Source: a virus
DNA length: 64,000 nucleotides
Reading direction: 5' to 3' (one strand)
Virus record (IMG/VR): IMGVR_UViG_3300020036_001014
Coordinates: 2,266-66,265 of that record
Below are positions 10,119 through 19,031 of the stretch, piece by piece (position 1 is the stretch's first letter; each line of letters begins with the position of its first letter). The translations under genes were made by a program, and so were the position numbers. The notes beneath the pieces are model-generated. The model did not search any database. It saw only the letters and a list, made by a program, of their open reading frames with translations, and was not told where the DNA came from.

Positions 10119-10888
10119 TGATCACAGGGACCGATATCTGGAATGTCATGAAGGCTCGGCTGGATGCCGAAGGCTCTGATCGCTACCTTCCTGATCAGGA
10201 TATCATCCCTGCTATCAACAGTTCGATCTCGCGAGCAATGACAGCCATTGGCTGGGCGCTTGCGAATCGCAAAGGTTCCGAAGAAGCTCTCTCCGAATTG
10301 ACGCGGATGAGGATCTGCCAGACAAATACAGAAGGTGGCATTGATCTCAACGACGCATCGTTCGGGGAGGGCATCTGGAACGTTATGGGCATTTACGCCC
10401 GTCCCGAAGTAAATGGAACTCCGAGCATCCTCCCTCTTCCAGCAGGCAGCAGCCGCTGCCGCACGGAGCTGGGTTGGTCTGGGTCTGGAGATCCGGTTGA
10501 GCGAGTGACTGTGGAAGAAGTACCAAAGATCCGCCTGAACATCTTCCGTAACGGGAACGAGGTTCTTGCCAGTAACCCCAACCGGGTTACCTTCTCCTAC
10601 TACATCCCCGGAAACGCTTCGTCTACCGCCTACGCGTCCGGAACAAGGGAGCTTCGGGTTCTCCCCAAGAGCGTTACATCCGCCTCCCTGATCGGTATTG
10701 CCTACCTCAAGGACCCCGGAACTGTAACCGTCCTGACCGACCAAGTGTCTTTTCCGGTGTCCATGACCAATACACTGGCCAGCTGGGCTCTGACATATAT
10801 CGCCGTAAAACAAGGCGACGGCACGGCCCTTATGCCAGTTGCATCAAAGGACGCTAGCGAGCTTTTCAATCTGGCTTCGGTAGCATAA
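10118..10888 (+). CDS. hypothetical virion-module protein (256 aa)
   Basis: ATG ORF translationally coupled to the previous gene. Confidence 0.45.
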   Translation: MITGTDIWNVMKARLDAEGSDRYLPDQDIIPAINSSISRAMTAIGWALANRKGSEEALSELTRMRICQTNTEGGIDLNDASFGEGIWNVMGIYARPEVNGTPSILPLPAGSSRCRTELGWSGSGDPVERVTVEEVPKIRLNIFRNGNEVLASNPNRVTFSYYIPGNASSTAYASGTRELRVLPKSVTSASLIGIAYLKDPGTVTVLTDQVSFPVSMTNTLASWALTYIAVKQGDGTALMPVASKDASELFNLASVA

Positions 10889-10894
10889 AGTTAG

Positions 10895-10902
10895 TATCTT
10901 CG
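10895..10902 (+). promoter_or_regulatory. TATCTTCG variant promoter element
   Basis: 7/8 match to TATCTTTG, 20 nt upstream of the ATG at 10923. Confidence 0.3.
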
Positions 10903-10922
10903 TTGCCCAACAACAAGCAACG

Positions 10923-11351
10923 ATGATCATAGCTGTAGACTTTGACGGAACGTGTGTCACTCATGCCTTTCCTGATCTGGGAAAGGAGATAGGCGCAGCC
11001 CCTGTTCTTAAGGAGCTATCAGACGCCGGACACAGGCTCATTCTGTGGACAATGCGCAGCGATAAGATAGACTGCGACACATCGAGTGACGGCACATTGC
11101 ACCCCAATGGAGGTCTTTACCTAACCCAAGCGGTTGAGTGGTTCCAATCCAATGAGATCGCCCTGTATGGGGTGAATCAGAACCCGGACCAAGGGTCATG
11201 GACACATTCACCGAAGGCGTACGCTCACTTGTACATAGACGACGCCGCGCTAGGCGCCCCGCTGGTATATGACCCACTGATCTGCGATCGACCGTTCGTG
11301 GACTGGGTTGCAACAAGGGCCGAGCTTGTCAGGATTGGAGCACTGACTTAA
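10923..11351 (+). CDS. HAD-superfamily phosphatase-like protein (142 aa)
   Basis: N-terminal IAVDFDGTCV matches HAD motif I (DxDGT); YIDDAALG near the C-terminus is motif-III-like. Confidence 0.5.
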   Translation: MIIAVDFDGTCVTHAFPDLGKEIGAAPVLKELSDAGHRLILWTMRSDKIDCDTSSDGTLHPNGGLYLTQAVEWFQSNEIALYGVNQNPDQGSWTHSPKAYAHLYIDDAALGAPLVYDPLICDRPFVDWVATRAELVRIGALT

Positions 11352-11376
11352 TCCCCTGAGCCACAGGTACTTGTAG

Positions 11377-11384
11377 TATCTTTG
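11377..11384 (+). promoter_or_regulatory. TATCTTTG promoter element (near-leaderless)
   Basis: Exact octamer ending 6 nt before the ATG at 11391. Confidence 0.45.
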
Positions 11385-11390
11385 TGGCTG

Positions 11391-12152
11391 ATGACCTACG
11401 CGCAACTAGCTGACGACATCCTCGTTACGATGGGGTACATCCACGATGATGCTCTGCGTCATCGGGAGTCGGTCCTCTACAACGTACTTCTTGTAGTCAA
11501 TAAGCTCAAGGACCAGCAGCTGACCAAGCAGCTGGACAAGGGAGACTACAAAGCAGCCAGTTCCATGACCAGCACGTACATCGTGCCGGTTACCCACCGT
11601 GACGCAGGTGACACCAGTGTGACCGAGTGGGATGCCTGCTACTTCGATCTTCCTACCTCGGTGTACTCGCTGCCCAACGACCGAGGGGTTGTGTTTGTTC
11701 GATACCTCCGCAACGAGATCGAGCATGGCTGTCCTCCGGCTGTTACCAGAACCCCGTTCACTGCGGCTACGCTGGCTTCAATGAACGCCATCCAGTCCGC
11801 CAAGTACCAAGCCCCTTCGCCCGCCCGCCCATACTACGCGCGTGGCCGGGAGTCTAATGGTACGGTGATCAAGGATCGCGTGTATGTGTTCGGAGTAAAG
11901 AAAGCCATCACCCATCTACTGGTAGGGTTGTTCGCTGCTCCTGACTTTACCACCGTTGACCCTAACGAGAATATCGACCTACCCGACGAGCTGCTGCTGT
12001 CGGCCAAGAAGATGATCCTTGACCTTGAGGCTTACGCGCTTCAGATCCCGCAAGAGCGCCTGCATAACGATGGTCGCGACTTCGATCCGAACCAGATCAC
12101 GCGCACCCGCCCACTCATGTCGGTCAACGACCCTAATCAAATTGATCCATGA
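11391..12152 (+). CDS. hypothetical virion-module protein (~253 aa)
   Basis: Track ORF 11382..12152 begins with TTG; the first ATG (MTYAQ...) is at 11391. Confidence 0.45.
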   Translation: MTYAQLADDILVTMGYIHDDALRHRESVLYNVLLVVNKLKDQQLTKQLDKGDYKAASSMTSTYIVPVTHRDAGDTSVTEWDACYFDLPTSVYSLPNDRGVVFVRYLRNEIEHGCPPAVTRTPFTAATLASMNAIQSAKYQAPSPARPYYARGRESNGTVIKDRVYVFGVKKAITHLLVGLFAAPDFTTVDPNENIDLPDELLLSAKKMILDLEAYALQIPQERLHNDGRDFDPNQITRTRPLMSVNDPNQIDP

Positions 12153-12895
12153 GCCTCGGTAACGCATACGTACCAGTAGGCGAAGTGATCACGTTCGCCG
12201 CTCAGGAGATCGGTGACGAGGAGTTCGGTCGCCTTGGTCGTCCTTTCTACCTCAGTGCGGCTCAACGTGCGCTGGTAGAGATGAACTACCAGACCCAGTT
12301 CTACAAGAAGATCTTCGAGGCTGCTATTCCTGACGACCTGATCATTGAGCTTCCTTGTGACCTGACCGGTAAGGACATGGTCCTGTTGTTCAACGGCAGC
12401 AACTGTGACATCGGTCGATCAACTGTCCTGTTCATAAAGCCGAACATGTGGCACAAGGGTGGATCTGGATACGTGGCCAACAACAGGGGCTTCAATCCAG
12501 ACCCTCTTCAGTGGTCCTCGTCTTGGACCCAGACCCAGCCTTGCTTGCATTTCGCAGGCGAGCACATGGGCAAACTCTATCTGTCCGAAGGCTGCGCTCG
12601 ATACGAGAAGCTGCACATCACCTATACCGGACTGGGTATGGAGGATATCGGAGAGGACTTCGAGGTTCCGTACTGGTGCCGTGAAGCTATCACTGACTTC
12701 ATCGTTGACCGTGCGGCTAAGGCCATGTTACCAGAAGCTCCGCAGTTGATGAAGTATCGCATCGACAGCAAGCAGTCAGAGCTGAAGGATGCTCGCGGTA
12801 GCTGGCATCAAGCCGTTATCAGGTACAAGCTGAACGACAAGAAGGGCCGATACGATACCGACGCGTACACGCACAGATTCGGTCACTTCCCATAA
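12149..12895 (+). CDS. hypothetical virion-module protein (248 aa)
   Basis: ATG ORF with an ATGA overlap to the upstream gene. Confidence 0.45.
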   Translation: MSLGNAYVPVGEVITFAAQEIGDEEFGRLGRPFYLSAAQRALVEMNYQTQFYKKIFEAAIPDDLIIELPCDLTGKDMVLLFNGSNCDIGRSTVLFIKPNMWHKGGSGYVANNRGFNPDPLQWSSSWTQTQPCLHFAGEHMGKLYLSEGCARYEKLHITYTGLGMEDIGEDFEVPYWCREAITDFIVDRAAKAMLPEAPQLMKYRIDSKQSELKDARGSWHQAVIRYKLNDKKGRYDTDAYTHRFGHFP

Positions 12896-12905
12896 TCCAC
12901 TCGCT

Positions 12906-13235
12906 ATGAATCAAGGAGAATTTGAAGGACGCAAACGGAAGCGGAAGATGACCAAGGCCCAGATAGACGCGGAACTTGAAAGGGAGAGATCCAAAATAGC
13001 CAATGGGTCATGGAGCGGAATGGGTGGACTGAGCGAGAGGACTGTTCCTAAGTTTTCGCGACACCCAAGTCCTCTAAAAGACAGAGCTGCTGATGCCATT
13101 GATAAAGTCACTGGTAATTACGACAGCGGACTAAGCGGAGTATTTCACTCACCAAGAACGAAGTACGTAAAGGACGAGAATACTAGGGGGTATGCCGGGT
13201 ACCACAAGCAGAAACACAGGGGTAAATCACGGTAG
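12906..13235 (+). CDS. hypothetical basic protein (109 aa)
   Basis: ATG ORF with a Lys/Arg-rich N-terminus. Confidence 0.4.
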   Translation: MNQGEFEGRKRKRKMTKAQIDAELERERSKIANGSWSGMGGLSERTVPKFSRHPSPLKDRAADAIDKVTGNYDSGLSGVFHSPRTKYVKDENTRGYAGYHKQKHRGKSR

Positions 13236-13236
13236 G

Positions 13237-16200
13237 ATGCCAAATCTGTTACACTTTCCGTGGATCCGAAGACTACTTGGACGCGGTGTAAATAGCGACG
13301 TGCGCCCTGAGCTTATGCCTGACGGCTTGGCTAGGGAGGCGGTTAATATCCGCCCTACATCCATTGCCGGTAACACTGGATCTGCATCTGCTATTGGTGG
13401 TGAGGAGGTAGCTTCGTTCGAGACCCTTCAGCCTAGCCTTCTGTACCAGTGCATCGGCGCTGCTTCATGCAACGGCCACATGGTGGAGTTCTGGGCTGGT
13501 GATGGTCAGGATTCCTTCATCAAGATCGACGGGGTCATTGTAGCCCAGAGTCCCAACATCCCTTACCGATATGATCGTCCGCTTCAGCTTGCGGTTGTCG
13601 AGGATGTAAGACGCGGGGTTATTTACCCAGCCGATCACGCATCTGATGCCCTGTACTGGGACGTGGATGATCTGCTGCTGAACGTAGGCAACGACGTTTA
13701 CTTCTCCGCCTACACCACGGACCTTAACTCCGTTCTCCTCACCACTAACCCAGAGTTCCCCGAGCACGTAGGTAACTACGAAACCTCTCCGGGTCTCGCT
13801 GCTGGACAATATCAGTACCGACTACGCTACGTATCACCGCTTGGCGATAGATCGAACAGCGGCCCAGAAACACCCCTTGTCACGGTTCCTATATGGCAGG
13901 ACCGTAAGATGACGTGGCAGCAGGGCTCGTTCCCCGGCCTGTCTACCGTTGGTGGACCTATCTCTCCATTGACTCCGACCGGATACGGAGTGACACTGAG
14001 GTTCCGCGTTGATAACCAGCAAGGTTATTCCTTCGTGGAGATTCTGCGTACCAAGTATACCGATGGACTCGGAGCCGGTATCACTGAGGTGGTGGCCAAG
14101 ATCGGCATCGTCCCCGGACAGGTATCCATCCAGACCTTCAATGATCCTACTGATGCTATTGCTCTGCCGGAGGTTGTTCCTGCGGATGAAGTCGGTCCGA
14201 GGCTAATAACATTCACCGCTCCAAAGGCGGTTGAATACGCTGATCGTAGGGTCACTTACGGAAACTTCTCCACCGGTACCAGAGATTCAGGCATAACGTT
14301 CACGGAGGTTGACGGGAATAAGATGGTTCCCATTACTGCTGGAGTTTATACCCAGCCGGACAGCAACTTCTCCAGCATCTACAACGACGGGTACTCTGAC
14401 CCCGTTAACAACACCTACATGAAGAGCTACATGCGCGGAGAAGCGTATGGCCTTGGTGTAATGGTGTGGGACAAATACTCTTCCAGATACTACGTAACGG
14501 AGCTGTATGACAGCTATCAGTTCCCTAACCGCAGGGATCCAAAGCAGGGGGACAGCCTGAATCTTTCCGACACTCCTACGTGGGCGGCTAATACCAACTG
14601 CAACGGACAGGATCCAACGATCCCTCTTGTCACAGCTACGTTCGATGCCTTCGACCAAGGACAAGTAACGAAGTTCCCCCTGCCAACTCCGGGTACGGGA
14701 TACAACTTCATCAACATGGCTACGGACGCCGGGGCTCAGGCTCCGTGGGGTCCGACTGATCCGGTGCAAAGCGGTATCAACGGTCTTAACGATCAGACCC
14801 GTGTTGACATGTCGCCAGTCACTCAGGCCAGCTTGGGTGGGGTTGATGACGCGGTTGTGTACTCGGACATTACCGAGAGGATGTGGGCTCCGCAGTATCA
14901 GGCATTAGGCGGGGCTATCTATGGGGTAGAGAACCTACCTCGCGGGGCGAAGGTTCTGTCCATCATGCGTACTGAGCCAGCTAACAAGGTTGTTGCTCAG
15001 GCTATCGCCGCGTATCAACTGAAGGAGGATGAGCCGTTCGACACATCGGCTGCGACCAGAACCCGTAGGGATAGATGGGCGCTGAACCTTGACATCCCTG
15101 ACTTCAAGTCATTCAAGGTTGATCAGGCTACTCAGGACGAGCTGATCGCCAACCCGCAGAACTTCAAGCTCCAGTTCGTTAGCCCGCTTGGCGTAGCTTC
15201 TGTTCCATTCGGATGGACATACCCCAGCAACGAAGGTCCGGATAACTATACCGGACTGTTCCCGGACATGATCACCTATGCTGGCATCCAGTACGATCAG
15301 GGTCAGGTGAACGTTGGTGAACCAATGTCTGGAATGGCGTATCAAGCCACCGGTGGTAGCCCAGCTCCACTATCCAACTACATCGGATACGATGCATGGA
15401 GGGGACAGGTACCTTCTCCCGGAGGTGGACCATGGCACATGCCCGGTGGTGATCAAGGGAATACATTGATCGACATTGATTCTGCCGACCAAGTGATCGA
15501 CGGTAGATCCTCGTTCGTTCGCGTTGTTTGTTCTACTCCCATCTACAACGAGGAGTATCTGGCCGGTACGGAGACGTTCGACTCAGCTATTACCCGTGCC
15601 TATCACCAGCCGTTCTATGTGGTGAACCTGATCCGGGTCAACGCTACCGTTCCGGACCTGACCATTGACCAGTACATCAACACCGGGTACCACATCAAGC
15701 TGGATACCTGCATCGGTGTATCGACAGGAGGTAATGATTCGTTCGAGCTTCTGAATGAACGCTGGGAGGATGTACTCAGTGGGGATGTTCTTCAGACACG
15801 CTACGTATGGGTACAGCAAGGAAGCAATGAGGCTCAGGCTTGGCTCCAGATCAATGGATCCCAGTTCATGGCCATTGCCCCTAATATCCTGTTCGATATC
15901 GGGCTGTATGGATTTTGGACCGCTCCTGACGGAACACAGGTATACGGTATCTGTGTAGCCAACCTTGGTACGGCTACATCCAGCGGTCGCAGGTCTACTG
16001 CCTGTACGGTATCGTTCGGACTGTGGGGATCCGTTCCTCTTCCAGTTCCTCCAGTGAACAGCCGGATCCTTGTGCGCTACAACAAGAACGCACCGATCAA
16101 GTTCTTTGGCGGAGACTGCACCATTGCTCCTTCACTGGGATGTTTTGTTGATGGCACGATCAGCTACGATCCAGCCGCTCCGCTTATGCAGCAGTTCACC

Positions 16201-17781
16201 GCTGCCGGTACTTCGCTCAATGTTCTTCCCCGCCTGCCCTACATTGGGTACAGAAAGAACCCCGGCTATCGCCTGCCCATCCAGACGCAGATACCGTATA
16301 CCGAGGTAGGTGATTATGCAAGAACACTGTTCGGACTTCGTCAGTGGTGTGTGCTATGGGACGCAGAGCAACGGGCCTCCATTAAGTACGGCATCGCAAC
16401 AGCCGCGCCCGGCGGACCATACCAGTGGCCAACGATCGGCTATGCCGTCAAGCCGTATGTCTACGATAGCAACAACCCGACCAACGGGATGTATACATAT
16501 CCTGACATTATGGTGGGCGGAGTGCCAGTAACTCAGATCACCGACTTTGCCAGAGGGGGTATCCCATTCGCTGACGCATACAATCAGGACTACTGGAAAC
16601 AGTCAGGTGTAACAGGATTTGGCATTCCTTACGACGACCAAGGTGGTATCCAAGAAAGGACTACCTATCCTACCGGGCTTATCTGCTCTCTGGAGGTAGA
16701 TCCTATCCTTACTGACGTACCGGGTATCCGAACCTTCATTGACGCGAACCTGAAGGTTCTATCAGAGGAGAATGGGGAGATCAAGACAATGGGTACGGCT
16801 CTGGGCCAAGGAGGTGGGAACATCTACACCTTGGGCCAAGGAGGTAGGAACATCTACACCTTCCATGACCGTGGCGTAGCTCGTGTGCTGACAGCCAAGA
16901 ACATCCTCACCGGCGCCTCTGGTGAGCAGATCTCTACCATGGTCATCTCAAACTACTGGGGTGACGAGATGTGGCTGTCACGATCCATCGGCTCACCCGA
17001 CCAGATGTGGAGGTTGCTTGCCAAATCCACCGCCCTTGCCGGAAAGGGATATGCAGATAGCTTCTTCTGGCCAGACCGCAACAGTTGGTATAGGCTGACT
17101 GGTGATCAGATCATTGATATCGGCCACGAGAAGTTCATTGCTGAAACTCTTCCTGCATTGACACTGTATCCGGTAGGCTATGGAGCTAACATGCTCAAGG
17201 CTTCTTCTGGCTACGACCGTAGGTACAACGAGGCTTACTTCTCAATCATGATCCCGCAGGATCCGGTGGATGGCCAGCAGTCCCGTCCCCGCCGTGGCGT
17301 GTATGTGTACTCCCCTGATACCAACGAATGGATCGGAAGGTACACCTATGACATGGACCAGTATTCCATGCTGAACGGTAGGTTCTACGGATTCAGAAAC
17401 TCCCAGTGCTTCAAGCTGGATGAAGGGTATACAATATCCGGGAATATCCGAGAATCCTCGATCACCGTTCCAGTGGTAGGAGATGTGGGCATGTTTAAGG
17501 AGTTTTGTCGCGGGCGTGTAACTGGGTCCAAGCCTGACCGAATCGAGATCCTTGACCAGAACTTCAATGTGATCGTCCGCAAGGATGCCGTGATCAACAA
17601 CAGCCCGTACTGGGTCAAGGCGTACGATGGTTGGGAATTTTGGGCAGACAGAGTTCTCGCATCGGTTGATCCAGCTAGGCCACTGCCTCAAGATCAGTTC
17701 TTCTACCTTCGCTGCATCTGGTCAACTGCATCTGCAAAGCAGGCAGTAGCCCTATCGGGCCAGCTCAAACTAATTAAGTAA
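13237..17781 (+). CDS. large virion tail protein (1514 aa; muzzle/tail-spike-like)
   Basis: Track ORF 13192..17781 overlaps the upstream gene by 44 nt. An in-frame ATG at 13237 sits 2 nt after the upstream stop. Gly/Thr/Pro-rich beta-type composition and position suit a tail component. Contains a 30-bp in-frame tandem duplication. Confidence 0.5.
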   Translation: MPNLLHFPWIRRLLGRGVNSDVRPELMPDGLAREAVNIRPTSIAGNTGSASAIGGEEVASFETLQPSLLYQCIGAASCNGHMVEFWAGDGQDSFIKIDGVIVAQSPNIPYRYDRPLQLAVVEDVRRGVIYPADHASDALYWDVDDLLLNVGNDVYFSAYTTDLNSVLLTTNPEFPEHVGNYETSPGLAAGQYQYRLRYVSPLGDRSNSGPETPLVTVPIWQDRKMTWQQGSFPGLSTVGGPISPLTPTGYGVTLRFRVDNQQGYSFVEILRTKYTDGLGAGITEVVAKIGIVPGQVSIQTFNDPTDAIALPEVVPADEVGPRLITFTAPKAVEYADRRVTYGNFSTGTRDSGITFTEVDGNKMVPITAGVYTQPDSNFSSIYNDGYSDPVNNTYMKSYMRGEAYGLGVMVWDKYSSRYYVTELYDSYQFPNRRDPKQGDSLNLSDTPTWAANTNCNGQDPTIPLVTATFDAFDQGQVTKFPLPTPGTGYNFINMATDAGAQAPWGPTDPVQSGINGLNDQTRVDMSPVTQASLGGVDDAVVYSDITERMWAPQYQALGGAIYGVENLPRGAKVLSIMRTEPANKVVAQAIAAYQLKEDEPFDTSAATRTRRDRWALNLDIPDFKSFKVDQATQDELIANPQNFKLQFVSPLGVASVPFGWTYPSNEGPDNYTGLFPDMITYAGIQYDQGQVNVGEPMSGMAYQATGGSPAPLSNYIGYDAWRGQVPSPGGGPWHMPGGDQGNTLIDIDSADQVIDGRSSFVRVVCSTPIYNEEYLAGTETFDSAITRAYHQPFYVVNLIRVNATVPDLTIDQYINTGYHIKLDTCIGVSTGGNDSFELLNERWEDVLSGDVLQTRYVWVQQGSNEAQAWLQINGSQFMAIAPNILFDIGLYGFWTAPDGTQVYGICVANLGTATSSGRRSTACTVSFGLWGSVPLPVPPVNSRILVRYNKNAPIKFFGGDCTIAPSLGCFVDGTISYDPAAPLMQQFTAAGTSLNVLPRLPYIGYRKNPGYRLPIQTQIPYTEVGDYARTLFGLRQWCVLWDAEQRASIKYGIATAAPGGPYQWPTIGYAVKPYVYDSNNPTNGMYTYPDIMVGGVPVTQITDFARGGIPFADAYNQDYWKQSGVTGFGIPYDDQGGIQERTTYPTGLICSLEVDPILTDVPGIRTFIDANLKVLSEENGEIKTMGTALGQGGGNIYTLGQGGRNIYTFHDRGVARVLTAKNILTGASGEQISTMVISNYWGDEMWLSRSIGSPDQMWRLLAKSTALAGKGYADSFFWPDRNSWYRLTGDQIIDIGHEKFIAETLPALTLYPVGYGANMLKASSGYDRRYNEAYFSIMIPQDPVDGQQSRPRRGVYVYSPDTNEWIGRYTYDMDQYSMLNGRFYGFRNSQCFKLDEGYTISGNIRESSITVPVVGDVGMFKEFCRGRVTGSKPDRIEILDQNFNVIVRKDAVINNSPYWVKAYDGWEFWADRVLASVDPARPLPQDQFFYLRCIWSTASAKQAVALSGQLKLIK
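16804..16863 (+). repeat. 30-bp tandem duplication inside the tail gene
   Basis: GGGCCAAGGAGGTGGGAACATCTACACCTT x2 with one G/A mismatch; encodes GQGGGNIYTL/GQGGRNIYTF. Confidence 0.8.
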
Positions 17782-18287
17782 CTACTTTATACGGACAGAC
17801 AGTCCGGTAATGGTGGTTGGCTTAGACGGAAGGTCGGGGAAAGGAAGTCCATCAATCCCCCTACCCCCTTTCTTCCATAGAAAGAGATGGAGAACCGTGT
17901 ACTCCCCGACCACAGTCCGTATAAAGGAGCCTAGGATGAGATCGTGTGGCTGAAAGGCGTTTGCAAGTCATAGAAGTCGCTTCTTTCATTTACCGGGGAT
18001 ACACTGCCTTGTATCGGCTCTGAGGTGCTTTATCACGGGTCACGCTCATCCCGTATCCATTACGGGCTATCGCAAAAGCGAAAGCCGAGAACAGACGCAA
18101 CCTGTCCTCGGCCTTCCGTGTAGCTGGCAAGGGAACCCCTTGGTCCAGTCAATATCTTCAGTGCCGAATACGGTTGCGTCGTATTCGGGGGCAAATATAG
18201 CACAGGTCCATGGACAGAAGCAAGTGCGATCTTTCGCTATCTTTGTAACTGCCTGACAATCAGCAGGTACCAAAACGATAGTACCAC
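17782..18287 (+). other. ~500-nt non-coding, hairpin-rich spacer
   Basis: No ORF. A 10-bp long-range inverted repeat TTATACGGAC (17789) / GTCCGTATAA (17911) and several 5-6-bp GC hairpins (CGGAC-agaca-GTCCG; CCCGTA-tccat-TACGGG; GCCGAG...CTCGGC). Ends with a TATCTTTG element. Confidence 0.4.
18238..18245 (+). promoter_or_regulatory. TATCTTTG promoter element
   Basis: Exact octamer 43 nt upstream of the ATG at 18288. Confidence 0.45.
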
Positions 18288-19031
18288 ATGGTAGTCCCTA
18301 TTGGTCTAGCTTTAATGGGCGCATCTGCGCTCGCTCAAGGGATCCGTGGGATCTCCCAAGGCAACAAGGCAAAAGACCTTGAGTCCATATACAACCAGCG
18401 AGAGAAAGAGATCGAGCCAGTCTCTCCCATGCTTACGTCCTACTTGAACCGCATCTCACAGCAAGAGCGAGCCATGCGAGCTGGTACGGATTCGGCAAGT
18501 GCATTCGCCAGACAAGGACTCGGTAACGCGCTGGCCCAGACCCAGAACAACTTGGTCCGTGCATCTGGACCCGGAGCAGTAAACAACCTTCTTCGTTCCC
18601 AGCAGGGGTTCAACCAAGGCATTGCTGGTGTAGCCGCTGGTGCTTCTGATCGAGCAGACGGTATGCTTCAGTACCAAGGAGCACTGACCCAGAACATCAA
18701 CCAGCTGATGTACAACCGTCAGCTCAAGCGCCGTAACATGGCTCAGGCCAACTGGGCTCACATGAAGCAGTCGAGCAACGACAACCTGAACTCACTGTTC
18801 GGCATCGGAGCACAGATCGCAACCATGCTGCCTGATATGCAGCTCGGAGGTGGCAAGGTATTGAAGGATGGCGGCATCCCACAGGGAGCAACTGCTGCCC
18901 CGTATAACTACGCGCAGCCGGACGGCCCACCAGTTCCTGAGTCCTACTCAAGCCAAGGCTCAAGCCTACTGCCGGACAACTACCAGTTCCCAACCGGAGT
19001 TAAGACACCTCCCATTAACTACGGATTCTAA
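18288..19031 (+). CDS. hypothetical protein (247 aa), hydrophobic N-terminus, Q/N/G-rich
   Basis: ATG ORF; N-terminal MVVPIGLALMGASALA looks like a signal or TM segment. Confidence 0.45.
   Translation: MVVPIGLALMGASALAQGIRGISQGNKAKDLESIYNQREKEIEPVSPMLTSYLNRISQQERAMRAGTDSASAFARQGLGNALAQTQNNLVRASGPGAVNNLLRSQQGFNQGIAGVAAGASDRADGMLQYQGALTQNINQLMYNRQLKRRNMAQANWAHMKQSSNDNLNSLFGIGAQIATMLPDMQLGGGKVLKDGGIPQGATAAPYNYAQPDGPPVPESYSSQGSSLLPDNYQFPTGVKTPPINYGF

Noticed and set aside
16804-16863. Diversity-generating retroelement (TR/VR pair)
   Set aside because: It is a single 30-bp tandem duplication with a non-adenine mismatch, and no reverse transcriptase gene is in the window.
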